Below are positions 7,301 to 18,348 of a stretch of DNA of 64,000 nucleotides, piece by piece; position 1 is the first letter of the stretch; the number at the start of each line of letters is the position of its first letter. The notes beneath the pieces are model-generated. The model searched no databases and was not told where the DNA came from. It was given only the letters and a program-made list of their open reading frames with translations. The stretch is from Phycisphaerae bacterium. Lineage in GTDB: Bacteria > Planctomycetota > Phycisphaerae > UBA1845 > Fen-1342. The translations under genes and the position numbers were made by a program. The stretch is from assembly GCA_963675745.2 (NCBI GenBank), contig CAXXWX010000016.1, positions 1 through 64,000 on the forward strand, in the 5' to 3' direction.

Positions 7301-9577
7301 AATGACCGGCGCGGTTTCAGCCGACCACTCGGCGAAATGGCGCGAGCTGTAACCACCGGCTGTTGTGAACAGGCCGCCGGCGTACAGAATCGGCCCGTTG
7401 CCTACGTCGAACGTCAGCAGCGCGCGCACATCGTCATCCATGCCGCTGTCCAGCGGCGACCAGGATGAGCCGTTCCAGCGCGCGATGCGGCTGGCGCTAA
7501 CTCCGCTCGCCGCCGTGAAACCACCCCCCGCGATCAGTGCCGGGCCGCTACCTTCGTTGAGCGTGGCCAGCGCGCGCACGGCGGGGTCAAAACCAGTGGT
7601 CATGCCGCTGCCAAGGGCCGACCAGTTCGCGCCGTCCCACTTGGCGATGCGATTGGCACTCACACCACCGGCCGCCGTAAACGAACCGCCGGCGTAAAGT
7701 GCATCACCGGCGCCGTCATCATGTACGTGCAGACAGATGGGCGTGTTGTTGAGCCCGCCGCCAACGGCTGACCAGCCGGCACCATCCCAACGCGCGATCT
7801 TGCTGGCGGGCACACCGCCCGCCACGGTGAATCCACCACCGGCGTAGAGGTCGTCTCCCCCGCCGTCGTCATAGACGACTAGTGAAGCGACGGGGCTGTT
7901 CATACCGCTGGAGACGCCCGACCACGACGTGCCATCCCACTTGGCGATGTTGTCGGCCATGACGCCGCCGGCGGAATCAAACGCACCGCCGACGTACAGC
8001 TCGTCTCCGCCGCCGTCATCATAGACCGCCAGCGCATAGACCAGCGGATCAATGGCGCCGATCCCGCTGCCCAGCGCCGACCACGAGGAGCCGTTCCATT
8101 TGGCGACACACGAAGCTGAGCTGCCGCCCGCGTTCTGGAAGTGGCCGCCGGCGTACAGCGCGGCCCCCGTGCCGTCATCGTAAACCGCCAGCGCGTATAC
8201 GTAGTCGTCAACGCCTGACCCGAGCGGCGACCACGCATCACCGTCCCACTTTGCGACACGCCAGGCTATCATCCCGCTGACGCCCGTGAACTCGCCGGCC
8301 GCGTAGACGGCCGGACCGGTGCCGTCGTCGAATGTAACCAGGGCGCGAATGTTGTTGTTGACGCCGCTGCCGAGCGCCGACCACCCACTGCCATCCCAGC
8401 GCGCCATGTACGGACTGTAGGCGGAGTCGGCGTACGTGAACGTGCCACCCGCGTAGAGCGCGTCGCCGTCGCCCACATCGAAAACCCCCAGCGCATACAC
8501 ACCGTTATCAACGCCGTTGCCGGTCGGCCACCAATTCGCACCATCCCAGAATGCAACGTTGGCCGCGCCGACGCCGCCCGCGGTTGTGAATGTGCCGCCT
8601 ATGTGGAGTGCATCGCCGAACCCATCGTCAAAGACCGCGAGAGTCTCGACGGTCCCATCCGTACCGGTTCCAACCGCAGACCACGCCAACCCGCTCCACT
8701 TCGCCACATGCGGACAACTGGTGCCGCCGGCGTAGGTGAAGGTGCCGCCGGCATAAAGCGCGTCGCCGGACCCGTCGTTAAACACGGCGAACTCGGCGAC
8801 TGTGCTGTTCGTGCCGCTACCCAGCGCCGACCAGCTCGCCCCGTTCCACCGGGCCGTGTTGTTGACCGTGACGCCACCGGCGGTCGAGAACAGCCCGCCG
8901 GCGTAAAGATCATTGCCGCCCCCGTCGTTGAAGACTTCCAGGGCAAGCACCATTCCCGTCGTGCCGCTGCTCATGGCAGACCAGCTTGATCCATTCCAGC
9001 GGGCCACGCGATTGACGGTGAGTCCGCCGGCGGTGGTGAACAGCCCGCCGGCATAGAGGTCGTCACCGCCGCCGTCATTGAAAACCGCCAGCGAGTAGAC
9101 CGGGCTGTTCATTCCCGTGCCCAGCGCCGACCAGGCGGAACCGTTCCATTTGGCGATACGGTTGACAGTCACGCCGCCCGCCGTCGTGAACAGTCCGCCG
9201 ACATACAGCGCGTTGCCGCCGCCATCATTGAACACCGCCAGTGCAAAGCCGGGGTCGTTCAACCCGCTGCCGAGCGCCGACCACGTCGAGCCATCCCACT
9301 TGGCGATGCAGTTAACATATGTGCCGCCGGCGAGAGTGAACTGGCCGGTGACGTACAGGGCGTCGCCGCCGCCGTCGTTGTAGATCACGTAATCGTTGAT
9401 CCGGCCGTTGAGGTTTGGCGGGTTGGCGAACCCGGTGGCCCATTCATAGCTGCCGCAGTCGGCCAGCGCGCGCGGCCCGCTTGCGGCGAGAGCTAACAGC
9501 ACCATGAGCCCGGCGGCGGCGCCGAAATGAACCGAGGGACTACGCGTCGAACGGGTTTCGTCTTTGCGTGCGTTCAC
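4373..9577 (-). CDS. Large secreted/surface protein: beta-propeller repeats, two Ig-like domains and a C-terminal dockerin-like EF-hand pair
   Basis: Signal peptide; 28 repeats like LAVYDDGGGxxLYAGGxFTxAGGxxAxxIAKWDG; two PxITQxP...YQW...G.YDV Ig domains; GDLDGDGDVDADD / DIDGDGDVDMQD tail. GGGAGG SD precedes GTG 9577. Confidence 0.85.
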   Translation of the reverse strand: MNARKDETRSTRSPSVHFGAAAGLMVLLALAASGPRALADCGSYEWATGFANPPNLNGRINDYVIYNDGGGDALYVTGQFTLAGGTYVNCIAKWDGSTWSALGSGLNDPGFALAVFNDGGGNALYVGGLFTTAGGVTVNRIAKWNGSAWSALGTGMNSPVYSLAVFNDGGGDDLYAGGLFTTAGGLTVNRVARWNGSSWSAMSSGTTGMVLALEVFNDGGGNDLYAGGLFSTAGGVTVNNTARWNGASWSALGSGTNSTVAEFAVFNDGSGDALYAGGTFTYAGGTSCPHVAKWSGLAWSAVGTGTDGTVETLAVFDDGFGDALHIGGTFTTAGGVGAANVAFWDGANWWPTGNGVDNGVYALGVFDVGDGDALYAGGTFTYADSAYSPYMARWDGSGWSALGSGVNNNIRALVTFDDGTGPAVYAAGEFTGVSGMIAWRVAKWDGDAWSPLGSGVDDYVYALAVYDDGTGAALYAGGHFQNAGGSSASCVAKWNGSSWSALGSGIGAIDPLVYALAVYDDGGGDELYVGGAFDSAGGVMADNIAKWDGTSWSGVSSGMNSPVASLVVYDDGGGDDLYAGGGFTVAGGVPASKIARWDGAGWSAVGGGLNNTPICLHVHDDGAGDALYAGGSFTAAGGVSANRIAKWDGANWSALGSGMTTGFDPAVRALATLNEGSGPALIAGGGFTAASGVSASRIARWNGSSWSPLDSGMDDDVRALLTFDVGNGPILYAGGLFTTAGGYSSRHFAEWSAETAPVITQQPQSQTVPVGYAAVFTVSASGVAPLTYQWYKGGTPLSDVGNITGSTAPMLTISPVGLSDAGDYDVVVTNPCGPTSSDMATLTVPDTECDGAWAGAFGPPGATGRIHAAVVWDDGGGPALYVGGLFGAVDGVTANYIAKWDGTTWTALGSGLNNQVNTLAVYDDGSGAALYAGGWFTTAGGNPANYIAKWNGSTWSQLGTGMSGGVSYTYVDALAVWNDGSGDKLYAGGDFTYAGGTSTSFIASWNGSTWAAVGAGFNSVVNSLAVYNDGGGAHLYAGGGFTWAGGSGKNYIAEWDGIWWAPLGSGMNSVVNALTVYDDGYGQKLYAGGYFTTADSNSANFVAAWDGTSWAPLGSGTSSQVYSLCTHDEGLGEALYVGGHFSSAGGVAANEVARWQGGSWSALGSGIGGGWTYPGVWAMAEYDDGGGGGAMLYVAGDFTSAGGVTANYISVWNGRSWPQLGPVTDAGVYDLVDYNDGGGHALYAGGAFTTIGGNTAGNAAKWDGAAWSALGTGMSGGDPYGGSRVSALCVFDDGGGDDLYAGGDFDHADGSSAERIAMWNGSAWAPLGTGLTGGVPYTYVYDLAVFDDGAGDDLYVAGQFANAGGISSPHVAAWNGTIWSALGSGLNGYATCLAVFDDGSGPALYVGGNFTTAGGSSCNYIARWNGTAWSAVGTGMNNTVNSLAVWDDGTGPALFAGGQFTTAGGTACNYVANWNGSAWSALGSGIGGTSPFVVALGVFDGWAGSALYAGGSFSTAGGSAADNVAQWNGTSWSAVGSGMSGGSPITAVRVLHAYDDGTGQALYAGGDFTFADGDPAMYLARWSASAWPLITQHPALQVVNLTGSATFTVTAASTDTLSYQWYHDNSPLSDGGNISGATTAALTVNPVAVSDLGYYDVDVSSRCGTVASNPAALERYGDLDGDGDVDADDLSLFTACITGPTASGPAAGCEPVDIDGDGDVDMQDYALMQALVGT

Positions 9578-9814
9578 GATATGCCTCCCGTGGTTTGGCT
9601 ATTGCCTGCGCCGCAATCACCCCCCAACCGCACCAGCCACATCCCTTGATAGACGGCGCCCTGATGAGCTTTGACATGCACGTGCCCGCGCGCGATACAA
9701 CGCCCCGCCACGGGCCGGACCTACTCTAATACTGCCCGCGCTTACCACACAAGGCAAACCCGCCGGCCGCCGTGCGTACCATACACACATTCCGTACGCC
9801 GAGAAAAAACCGCC

Positions 9815-9860
9815 TTGACAAATTACTAGACGTGTAGTAATCTTTCTATGAACCTAGTAG
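9815..9860 (+). promoter_or_regulatory. Sigma70-type promoter overlapped by BlaI-type palindromic operators
   Basis: TTGACA (9815-9820), 17 nt, TAATCT (9838-9843). Palindrome TTACTA-N6-TAGTAA at 9823-9840 and imperfect copy TTTCTA-N6-TAGTAG at 9843-9860. Confidence 0.7.
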
Positions 9861-9873
9861 GAGAAAGGGTGAC

Positions 9874-10308
9874 ATGGGTGAAGCGATGCCGCACATCACC
9901 GCAGCCGAACTGCGCATTATGAAAGTCCTGTGGCAGCTCGGAGCCGCGACTGTCCGCCAGGTACTGGAGGAATTGCCCGCCGGAGACGGCGAGGCGCCGG
10001 CCTACACCACGGTGATGACGATGATGAAGCAACTGGCCGAGAAAGACGCGCTGACGGTTGACCGGTCACGTCAACCGTTTGTCTACGCGCCGGCGGTCAG
10101 GCGCGATCAGGTGCTTGGCTCACGCGTGCTGCACTTCCTCCAAACGGTGTTCGACGGCCAGGCCGAGGATCTGGTGCTCCACCTCGCAGAGCAGGCCGAC
10201 CTCTCACCCGCTGACTTACGCCGTCTGGAGGACAAAATCCGCCAGCGCGAGAACGCCGAGCAAAGCCACCAGAAGCCACAAAGGCGAAGCACAGGGGACG
10301 ATCTGTGA
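9874..10308 (+). CDS. BlaI/MecI/CopY family transcriptional repressor
   Basis: ITAAELRIMKVLW...ATVRQV...AYTTVMTMMKQL winged-helix pattern; directly upstream of an M56 peptidase. Confidence 0.9.
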   Translation: MGEAMPHITAAELRIMKVLWQLGAATVRQVLEELPAGDGEAPAYTTVMTMMKQLAEKDALTVDRSRQPFVYAPAVRRDQVLGSRVLHFLQTVFDGQAEDLVLHLAEQADLSPADLRRLEDKIRQRENAEQSHQKPQRRSTGDDL

Positions 10309-12146
10309 ACGTGGGTGTTGACACAGCAGACATGCATTTTGCTTCCGCGGCGATCCTGGGCTGGATCTGGAACGCGGTGACGTTGGGTACACTCGTGGCC
10401 GGCGTGACATGGCTGCTGCTGCGCCCATTGCGCGGCCGCATCGCCCCCGCGCTTGAGGTCGCGCTGTGGTCCATCGTTTTGCTGAAGTTCATCTTGCCGA
10501 TTGGACCACAATGGTCATACTCGCTCGCCAGCTTGTACCAACGAACGCCACTGGGGCTGGCCGGTGCGACTGTTGTCGACGAGCGCCCCGAGCTGATTCC
10601 GTCGGCGGCTGGCACTGCGGCGCCGGCCCAACCGACCGACGCGGTAGCGCTGGACGCCCCGCTCCGCTTGAAATGGACCGTCTTTGCCGCGGCCGGCTAC
10701 GTGCTGATCGTTGCCGGGATGGGCGCGCGTCGTCTGAGAAGCTACCGAGCGCTGCGCAGACGCTGCCTCGCACTCCCTCAGCCAGACGAACATACACAGG
10801 CGCTCGTACGGGCGGTGTGCCGGCGTCTGGGCTTGCGGGCGGTGCCAGAGATGAGGATCAGTCCCGATCCGCGCGCGCCGTTTGTCATGGGGTTTGTGCG
10901 CCCGTTGCTTGTGCTGTCCCGTCGCCACCTCGTTCGGCCGGACGAGATGGAGACGGTCGTCGTTCACGAGGTCACCCACCTCCGGCGTGGAGACTTGCTC
11001 GTGCGTGGTTTGCAGTGTGTTGCCGGAACTCTGCTGTTTTTCTGGCCGGTGGTGGCGTGGGTTAACCGCCGCATCGACCGGGCCCGCGAGTATGCCTGCG
11101 ACGAATGGGCCCTTCGTCACGGCAAGCTCCCCGCCTGGGAATATGCGCGCTGCCTGCTGGACGCGGTGCAACCGCCGGGTGTCCGGCGTGCCGCGTACGT
11201 ACCCGCGTGCATGGCCGGTCATCCGAGCACGATTGAAAGGAGAATCGACGTGATATTGGCACAACCAAGCTGCCCAAGCCGGCAGCGTGTGTGGAATCTG
11301 TTGGCCCTCGGGCTTGTTGTCGCGTGGGGTAGCTGCGCGCTGGCGGGCCCTGCCGGACCCAAGAAGGTCAAGGTTGACGACAAGACTCGCTTTGAGGCCG
11401 CTGAGCAATCGATGAGGGATCACGCCCAGGACATCTACGGCCAGATCCTCGACTTCTCAGCGACGAGTGACATCGACGGCAGCGGCGATCTGTCCAAGCA
11501 GGAATGCTGGGCGTTTGTCGCCACCATCATGATGCAAGACCCCGCCGCGACGCTGGCGGCATACCCCAAGGCTGACGCCAACGCGGACGGAAAACTCGAG
11601 CTTGTCGAGGCGTACCGCTACGGGCGCGGCGACTACGACCTGGAGGCGCTGCGCCAGAAGCTCCAGGCCGAAATCGAGACCGCGGCGAAGTCGGGAGATG
11701 AGGCGCGCGCCGAACAGCTCAAAGGCGATGCTTTCATCGCGGAGATGAACGAGTATCACAGTTTTCTCGACCGGCGTCTGAAAATCGTCCAACTGATGAA
11801 GAACGAGCCGACAAAGGCGGACGTCCAGGCGGTGGCCAAGAAGATGGTCGAGGTCGATGCCAAACTGGCCGCGGAACGCGAGAAAGACTGGCTTTCCCAG
11901 GTCGCCGCGGAGATCGATGAGCTGCGCGCGAAGGCCTCCGAACTCCGCGCCAAGGCCGCTGAGTCGAACGGTGAGACCGCGCAGGCAATGTTGGATAAGG
12001 CAGCCAAGCTCGACGAGAAGGCCGCGCAGTATCTGGCCAAAGTGACGTCAAGCCTGGAGGAGAAGATCGCCCAGCTCGAGGCGTCCGGCGATCAGAAGCA
12101 GGCGGACCAGATTCGCGCCAAGCTCAACGAGCTACAGGGTGAATAA
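10305..12146 (+). CDS. BlaR1/M56 family membrane metallopeptidase with EF-hand-like motifs and a coiled-coil C-terminus
   Basis: LWSIVLLKFILP, APFVMGFVRP, HEVTH (HExxH), REYACD, IERRI. C-terminal DIDGSGDLSKQE and DANADGKLELVE. Confidence 0.88.
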   Translation: MNVGVDTADMHFASAAILGWIWNAVTLGTLVAGVTWLLLRPLRGRIAPALEVALWSIVLLKFILPIGPQWSYSLASLYQRTPLGLAGATVVDERPELIPSAAGTAAPAQPTDAVALDAPLRLKWTVFAAAGYVLIVAGMGARRLRSYRALRRRCLALPQPDEHTQALVRAVCRRLGLRAVPEMRISPDPRAPFVMGFVRPLLVLSRRHLVRPDEMETVVVHEVTHLRRGDLLVRGLQCVAGTLLFFWPVVAWVNRRIDRAREYACDEWALRHGKLPAWEYARCLLDAVQPPGVRRAAYVPACMAGHPSTIERRIDVILAQPSCPSRQRVWNLLALGLVVAWGSCALAGPAGPKKVKVDDKTRFEAAEQSMRDHAQDIYGQILDFSATSDIDGSGDLSKQECWAFVATIMMQDPAATLAAYPKADANADGKLELVEAYRYGRGDYDLEALRQKLQAEIETAAKSGDEARAEQLKGDAFIAEMNEYHSFLDRRLKIVQLMKNEPTKADVQAVAKKMVEVDAKLAAEREKDWLSQVAAEIDELRAKASELRAKAAESNGETAQAMLDKAAKLDEKAAQYLAKVTSSLEEKIAQLEASGDQKQADQIRAKLNELQGE

Positions 12147-12410
12147 ACGCATCCCCCTCGTGCGGCGACCACCGCGCTTGTGAGACAATCCGGATGCATG
12201 CGATCGGCCTGAGGGAAGACCGGCCCAACCGGTCTTTCCCACGCCGATCGTGTGATACCTGCTCCCCCGTGCATTCGCGGACTCTCACAAGCTCGGCCGC
12301 CGCGCAATCTCAGTACCCCCCCTTTTGCCTCACTGCTTCCGATGTAGCTTGCGCAGCGATAAGATTATCGGCCGCAAGCGCCACCGGGCGATCAACCGAT
12401 ACAATGCTCG

Positions 12411-13967
<1,557 letters not shown>

Positions 13968-14195
13968 AATGCCCCCCCAAACGGTGGCGCAGGTCTGAAA
14001 TCCGCGATTTTCACGTGTTGAAAACCAGTGCCACACGAGCACGCGTGGGTTTGTCGTTTGTTGTACAGCCCCGGCCGGCTGACTCTCCGGCGGTCTTTGG
14101 CATAGTATAAGAGGTGGGAGAAGCTGGACGGGCAATTCCTTTGCCCGCACGGGGCTGCCCGATTTTCTTAACGGACACGAACAAGGAATGGCCTG

Positions 14196-15347
14196 ATGAG
14201 CAACAAGACGGGTATGCGATCAAACGCGATAAACCTGAAGACCATGCCGATTACCCTGGCGGCAGTGGTGCTGTTCGCCGTCGGCGCGGCTTCCGCTACG
14301 GCGGCGGACCTGCCAAAGCAGTGGCTCAAGGACTTCGACAGCGCCAAGGCGGCGGCGGCGAAGAACAACAAGCTGATCCTGGCAGTGTTTTCAACGGCCT
14401 GGTGCGGCCCGTGCAAAGCCATGGTCCGCAATGTCTACCCCAAGAAAGAGGTGATTGCGGCCCTCGACGCGTATGTCCCGGTCTATATTGACGGCGACAA
14501 ATTCAGGAAGCTCGGCGCGCAGTATGGCATCGAGGCCTACCCGACCTTTCTTCTGCTCGACGCCGAGGGCCACCCACTCCATCGCTTTGTCGGCGGCAGC
14601 CCCAACGCGGCCGCGTTTCTGAAGACCCTGAAGCAGGCCAACGAATCACTCAGCAAACTCGCCGACCTGCGTGCGAAGATCAAGGCAGATCCGAAGAACG
14701 CCGCACTGCTGCGCGAGCTGGGCGGCCAGTTGGCAAAGGCGCAGCAGCCGGAGCTTGCCAAAGATGCGTTTGTGCGCGCCCTGGACCTGGACCCGGAGAA
14801 TACCGCCGGCATCCCGGACCAGCTCGTGAGAAAGCACCACAAGGAAGCCTACTTCAAGGCGGAGCTTGCCCGCCTGAATGCCGCGATCGAAAAGGCACCC
14901 AAGAACGCGGGCCTGCTCAAGCACCGCGGCGATCTACTGACGGCCGATTTCCCCATGCTCGACATGGAGCGCGTCGAGGCGGCGCTCGTCGATTACAAAG
15001 CCGCCGCCGCGCTTGACCCCGACGACAAGACCGGCGCCGGCGCCGAGTTGGCGTTTTTTACCATGTTGCAGAAGGACTTCGCCGGCCCGCAGGAGTTCAT
15101 CGAGGCGACCGCCGCATTCGCGGACGCCCATCCGGATAGCCGTCGCTTGCCCGAATTGCAGTGCATGCGCGCGATGGCCCTGGCCGACACTGGCGAGGTG
15201 GCCGAGGGCGTGCGGCTGCTCAAGGACTACCTGAAACATCACCCCGATGGAGCCATGGCGCCGATGGTCGCACAGGTTTTGCCCATGCTTGAAGCGAGCG
15301 GCTCTGCGCGTGACGCCAAGGCTGGCGGCGCGCACCCCGCGCCATAA
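14196..15347 (+). CDS. Secreted thioredoxin-family protein with TPR repeats
   Basis: Signal peptide, WCGPC active site, YPT cis-Pro loop, helical TPR-like C-terminus. Start may be 14214 or 14244. Confidence 0.85.
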   Translation: MSNKTGMRSNAINLKTMPITLAAVVLFAVGAASATAADLPKQWLKDFDSAKAAAAKNNKLILAVFSTAWCGPCKAMVRNVYPKKEVIAALDAYVPVYIDGDKFRKLGAQYGIEAYPTFLLLDAEGHPLHRFVGGSPNAAAFLKTLKQANESLSKLADLRAKIKADPKNAALLRELGGQLAKAQQPELAKDAFVRALDLDPENTAGIPDQLVRKHHKEAYFKAELARLNAAIEKAPKNAGLLKHRGDLLTADFPMLDMERVEAALVDYKAAAALDPDDKTGAGAELAFFTMLQKDFAGPQEFIEATAAFADAHPDSRRLPELQCMRAMALADTGEVAEGVRLLKDYLKHHPDGAMAPMVAQVLPMLEASGSARDAKAGGAHPAP

Positions 15348-15356
15348 CACCGCGCG

Positions 15357-16634
15357 TCAGATCACTCGCAACCAGATGGCCTTGAGATAGGCCGATTCCG
15401 GACAATTCGGCCGCACCGGATGGTCCGGCGCGGCGCCGCTCTGGTCGATTATCTGCACCATCCGCCCCACCCTTCGCGCCGCACGCTGCACCGTTTCCAT
15501 AAACGCGGTCGGCGAGACCAGGCCGCTGCAACTGCACGTCAGCAATATGCCCCCCGGCCGCACCACGCGCATGCCGAGCACGTTCAGATCGTGGTACTTG
15601 CTCAGCGCGTCGTCATACTCATCCCGCGTCCGCGCCAGCTTTGGTGGATCAAGCACAACCGTGTCAAACGACCGCTGATTAACAGCCATCTGACGCAGAT
15701 ATGGGAACACGTCGGCGTGAACGAGATTAACGCGCTTCTGGTTGAGATTGGCGTTCTCACGCGCCAGGGCGATCGCATCCTCATCAAGATCCACACACGT
15801 CACGCTGCGCGCCCCGCCGATCACCGCCGCGCACAGCCCGAACCCGCCGGTGTAGCAGCAGCAGTCCAGCACATCGGCCTCATGGCACAAACGCGCCAAC
15901 CGCAACCGATTATCACGCTGGTCGCAGAAGAAACCCGTCTTGTGCCCGCTGGTCATGTTCACCCGATACCGCACGCCGTGCTCGCGCACCACAACCGAAC
16001 GGACATCCTTGCCGGCGGCCGGCACAATTCCGAATCCCTCGCGCGACTGCACGCGTTCATCGGCGCGCACGACAACTTGCCACACGCCGGCGGCCGAGTC
16101 CGGCCTGTCCAGGCTGCTCGGTGGCGGTAGTATCTCACGTAGCAGGTCAGTTATTTGCCCAACGCGGTTGAAGATCCCCAATGAGAATACTTCGACCACC
16201 AGCGAATCGGCATAACGCTCGACGATCAATCCGCTGAGCCCGTCTCCTTCGGCATGCACCAGCCGGTACGCGTCGCAAATATCATCAAGCCGCAACCGCT
16301 GGCGCAGTGCGACCGCCTGGCCCAGCGCGCCGCGCCAGAACGCGTCATCAATCGGCGTGTCGCCATACGACAACACTCGGACGGCAATCTCGGACCGCGG
16401 ATTGAACAGGCCCCTGCCGAAAAGACTCCCCGACTTGTCATAGATGTTAACCACGTCACCGGGCCTGGCGGCCGGGTCAATGGCGCCAACCATCCGTCGA
16501 TAGACGAACGGGTGGCTGGTCGTGGAGCGGAGCTGCACCCAGGGAGACTCGGCATCGGCAGGCGGGGCAACCGGCTTACCACCCCCACGCCTCTCTGCCG
16601 CGCGCGTGGGCCGTCTTGATCGGGGTGCACTCAT
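15357..16634 (-). CDS. rlmI: RlmI-like class I SAM-dependent rRNA methyltransferase
   Basis: PUA-like N-terminus HPFVY, RLVHAEGDGLSGLIV, GHKTGFFCDQRDNR, LDPP, LTCSCS, YLK. Confidence 0.85.
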   Translation of the reverse strand: MSAPRSRRPTRAAERRGGGKPVAPPADAESPWVQLRSTTSHPFVYRRMVGAIDPAARPGDVVNIYDKSGSLFGRGLFNPRSEIAVRVLSYGDTPIDDAFWRGALGQAVALRQRLRLDDICDAYRLVHAEGDGLSGLIVERYADSLVVEVFSLGIFNRVGQITDLLREILPPPSSLDRPDSAAGVWQVVVRADERVQSREGFGIVPAAGKDVRSVVVREHGVRYRVNMTSGHKTGFFCDQRDNRLRLARLCHEADVLDCCCYTGGFGLCAAVIGGARSVTCVDLDEDAIALARENANLNQKRVNLVHADVFPYLRQMAVNQRSFDTVVLDPPKLARTRDEYDDALSKYHDLNVLGMRVVRPGGILLTCSCSGLVSPTAFMETVQRAARRVGRMVQIIDQSGAAPDHPVRPNCPESAYLKAIWLRVI

Positions 16635-16804
16635 GCCGCGCATCGTGGCCTGGGATCGCTCGGCAGGCAAGCGCAAACGCGATTGGCCGGTCGCTGTGCG
16701 TGATGCTCTGTCTCGCAATTTCTGCCGATAGTGACTCAGTGGACCCCGATCGTTGCCCGCTTGCTCCGGCTACGTCCGCAACGCGGCTGGGGTCCATTAT
16801 TAAC

Positions 16805-16833
16805 TTGACCCACCGTAGGGCGAAGGCTATCGT
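16805..16833 (+). promoter_or_regulatory. Putative sigma70 promoter for the 17001 gene
   Basis: TTGACC, 17 nt, TATCGT. A GGACCCC...GGGGTCC hairpin lies just upstream at 16741-16796. Confidence 0.45.
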
Positions 16834-17000
16834 CATGGTTGGTACGACTTGCGTATTGCGATTGGGCGGGGCTGTGTTTCTCGCCCGAACATCAGCCCGA
16901 GTATGGGCAAATGCGTGGCGTCCGTGCAGTTTGCGCTGTTTGAAATGGGGTGCGCAGAGTGCCTGCGCTGCACACAAGTAGACTATAGGAGGCGATCGTG

Positions 17001-17846
17001 ATGCGACGTTACATCGGCATGCTGGTCCTGGCAACGTGTGTGGCGACCGCCGCCGCGCAGACTGTGACCCTGACACTGGACTCCCCCCAAAATGGAACAA
17101 CCGTTAGCGCCGGCAGCACGGTGAGCTGGACCGTCTCAGCGACCGCGTCCACGGGCGATAACCTCGGCCTGGCTCTGGTCTCCTGCGATCTGGTGCAGGA
17201 CGGCGGCAATCCGGCCACATTCGACCTGCCTCCCGCCACGGGTGTCCCGGCGGGCATGGAGAACTTCAGCCGACCCGCCGGCATAACCAACCCCCCCGAG
17301 ACCGATCCGGTCACCGGCTATGTGGGCTCACAGCGCGGAGCCGCCGGCGCCATGAATCTCATTCAGATCGGCGGGGCCCAGAATACGTTTGGCGAGGCCA
17401 TGCCCGGTGGCACCGGCCTGGCCGAAAACGCCAACGTCGTCGGTGGCGTCGGACAGAGCGGCCCCCAGGTGATGGCCACCGGTTCTTTCAACGCGCCGGC
17501 CACCGAAGGTACCTACACAATCAACCTGGCCAACGCCTTCGCCAACGTGCTGGTGACGCTGGCCACGCCGCCGGATTATTCACCCGTCACCGCCGCCACG
17601 ATGGACACCAGCGCGGGTAGCTTCAGCTTCACCGTCGGCGGGCAGACGTATGAGCTCGGTGACTTGAATTGCGACGGTTTCGTCAACAATGGCGACATCG
17701 ACCCGTTCGTGATGGCAATCTCGGATCCGGGAGCATACGCCACGACCTATCCCGGCTGCGACATTGACCTCGGTGACATTAACGGCGACAGTTTCGTCAA
17801 TAACGGCGACATCGACCCGTTCGTCGACCTGCTCACCGGCGGTTGA
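17001..17846 (+). CDS. Secreted protein with a beta-sandwich N-domain and C-terminal dockerin-like domain
   Basis: AGGAGG SD, signal peptide, duplicated GDLNCDGFVNNGDIDPFV / GDINGDSFVNNGDIDPFV. Confidence 0.85.
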   Translation: MRRYIGMLVLATCVATAAAQTVTLTLDSPQNGTTVSAGSTVSWTVSATASTGDNLGLALVSCDLVQDGGNPATFDLPPATGVPAGMENFSRPAGITNPPETDPVTGYVGSQRGAAGAMNLIQIGGAQNTFGEAMPGGTGLAENANVVGGVGQSGPQVMATGSFNAPATEGTYTINLANAFANVLVTLATPPDYSPVTAATMDTSAGSFSFTVGGQTYELGDLNCDGFVNNGDIDPFVMAISDPGAYATTYPGCDIDLGDINGDSFVNNGDIDPFVDLLTGG

Positions 17847-18066
17847 TACGGCTTTTCCGCACAGACACAAAGCCCTGCCCGGTGTTCTGAATAGACGCCG
17901 CGCGGGGCTTTTTCTCTGCCGCCGTAATCGCGCACAGCCCCCCCTCCGCGCGAAGTGATAAAAAAACCACTTTGCGTGTCACATCCACCGTTCCCGCGGA
18001 AATACCAGTTGGGTCGGCCGGTTTCCCCGGCCTTGGCCCGCCGGCACTGCGTCATGGAGAGCCTCA

Positions 18067-18348
18067 ATGCGGGTGCAGCATCTGGTAACGCTCAGCCTCG
18101 CCGCCGCTATCGTGCTGTCCGCGGCCATTCAGCATTGGGTCAGAGGCCCAGTTGTGCCACAGCGCGGCGGGCCGGCACTCCAGACGCTGCCCGCGACCGC
18201 TGGCGACGCGACCAATGCCGTCGAGTCGCCGCCGCTGTGCGTGGCCATTGATGCCCGCTGGGCCAATGACGGCGTGGTTGTGCAGACGCCCGCCCACATG
18301 ATGCCGCGTTTTCCCGGATTGGCGTCCGGAATTCTGCGCCGTCAATGA
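18067..18348 (+). CDS. Small hypothetical exported/membrane protein
   Basis: GGAG SD, N-terminal hydrophobic helix, 93 aa; no family recognised. Confidence 0.45.
   Translation: MRVQHLVTLSLAAAIVLSAAIQHWVRGPVVPQRGGPALQTLPATAGDATNAVESPPLCVAIDARWANDGVVVQTPAHMMPRFPGLASGILRRQ

Noticed and set aside
5468..7468. 666-aa plus-strand ORF and similar long antisense ORFs (e.g. 47177-49339, 56919-57977)
   Set aside because: Shadow frames of high-GC genes on the opposite strand, with no recognisable motifs.
14196..15347. Selenoprotein candidate given the nearby selC
   Set aside because: The active site is an ordinary WCGPC; I saw no convincing in-frame UGA read-through gene in the window.
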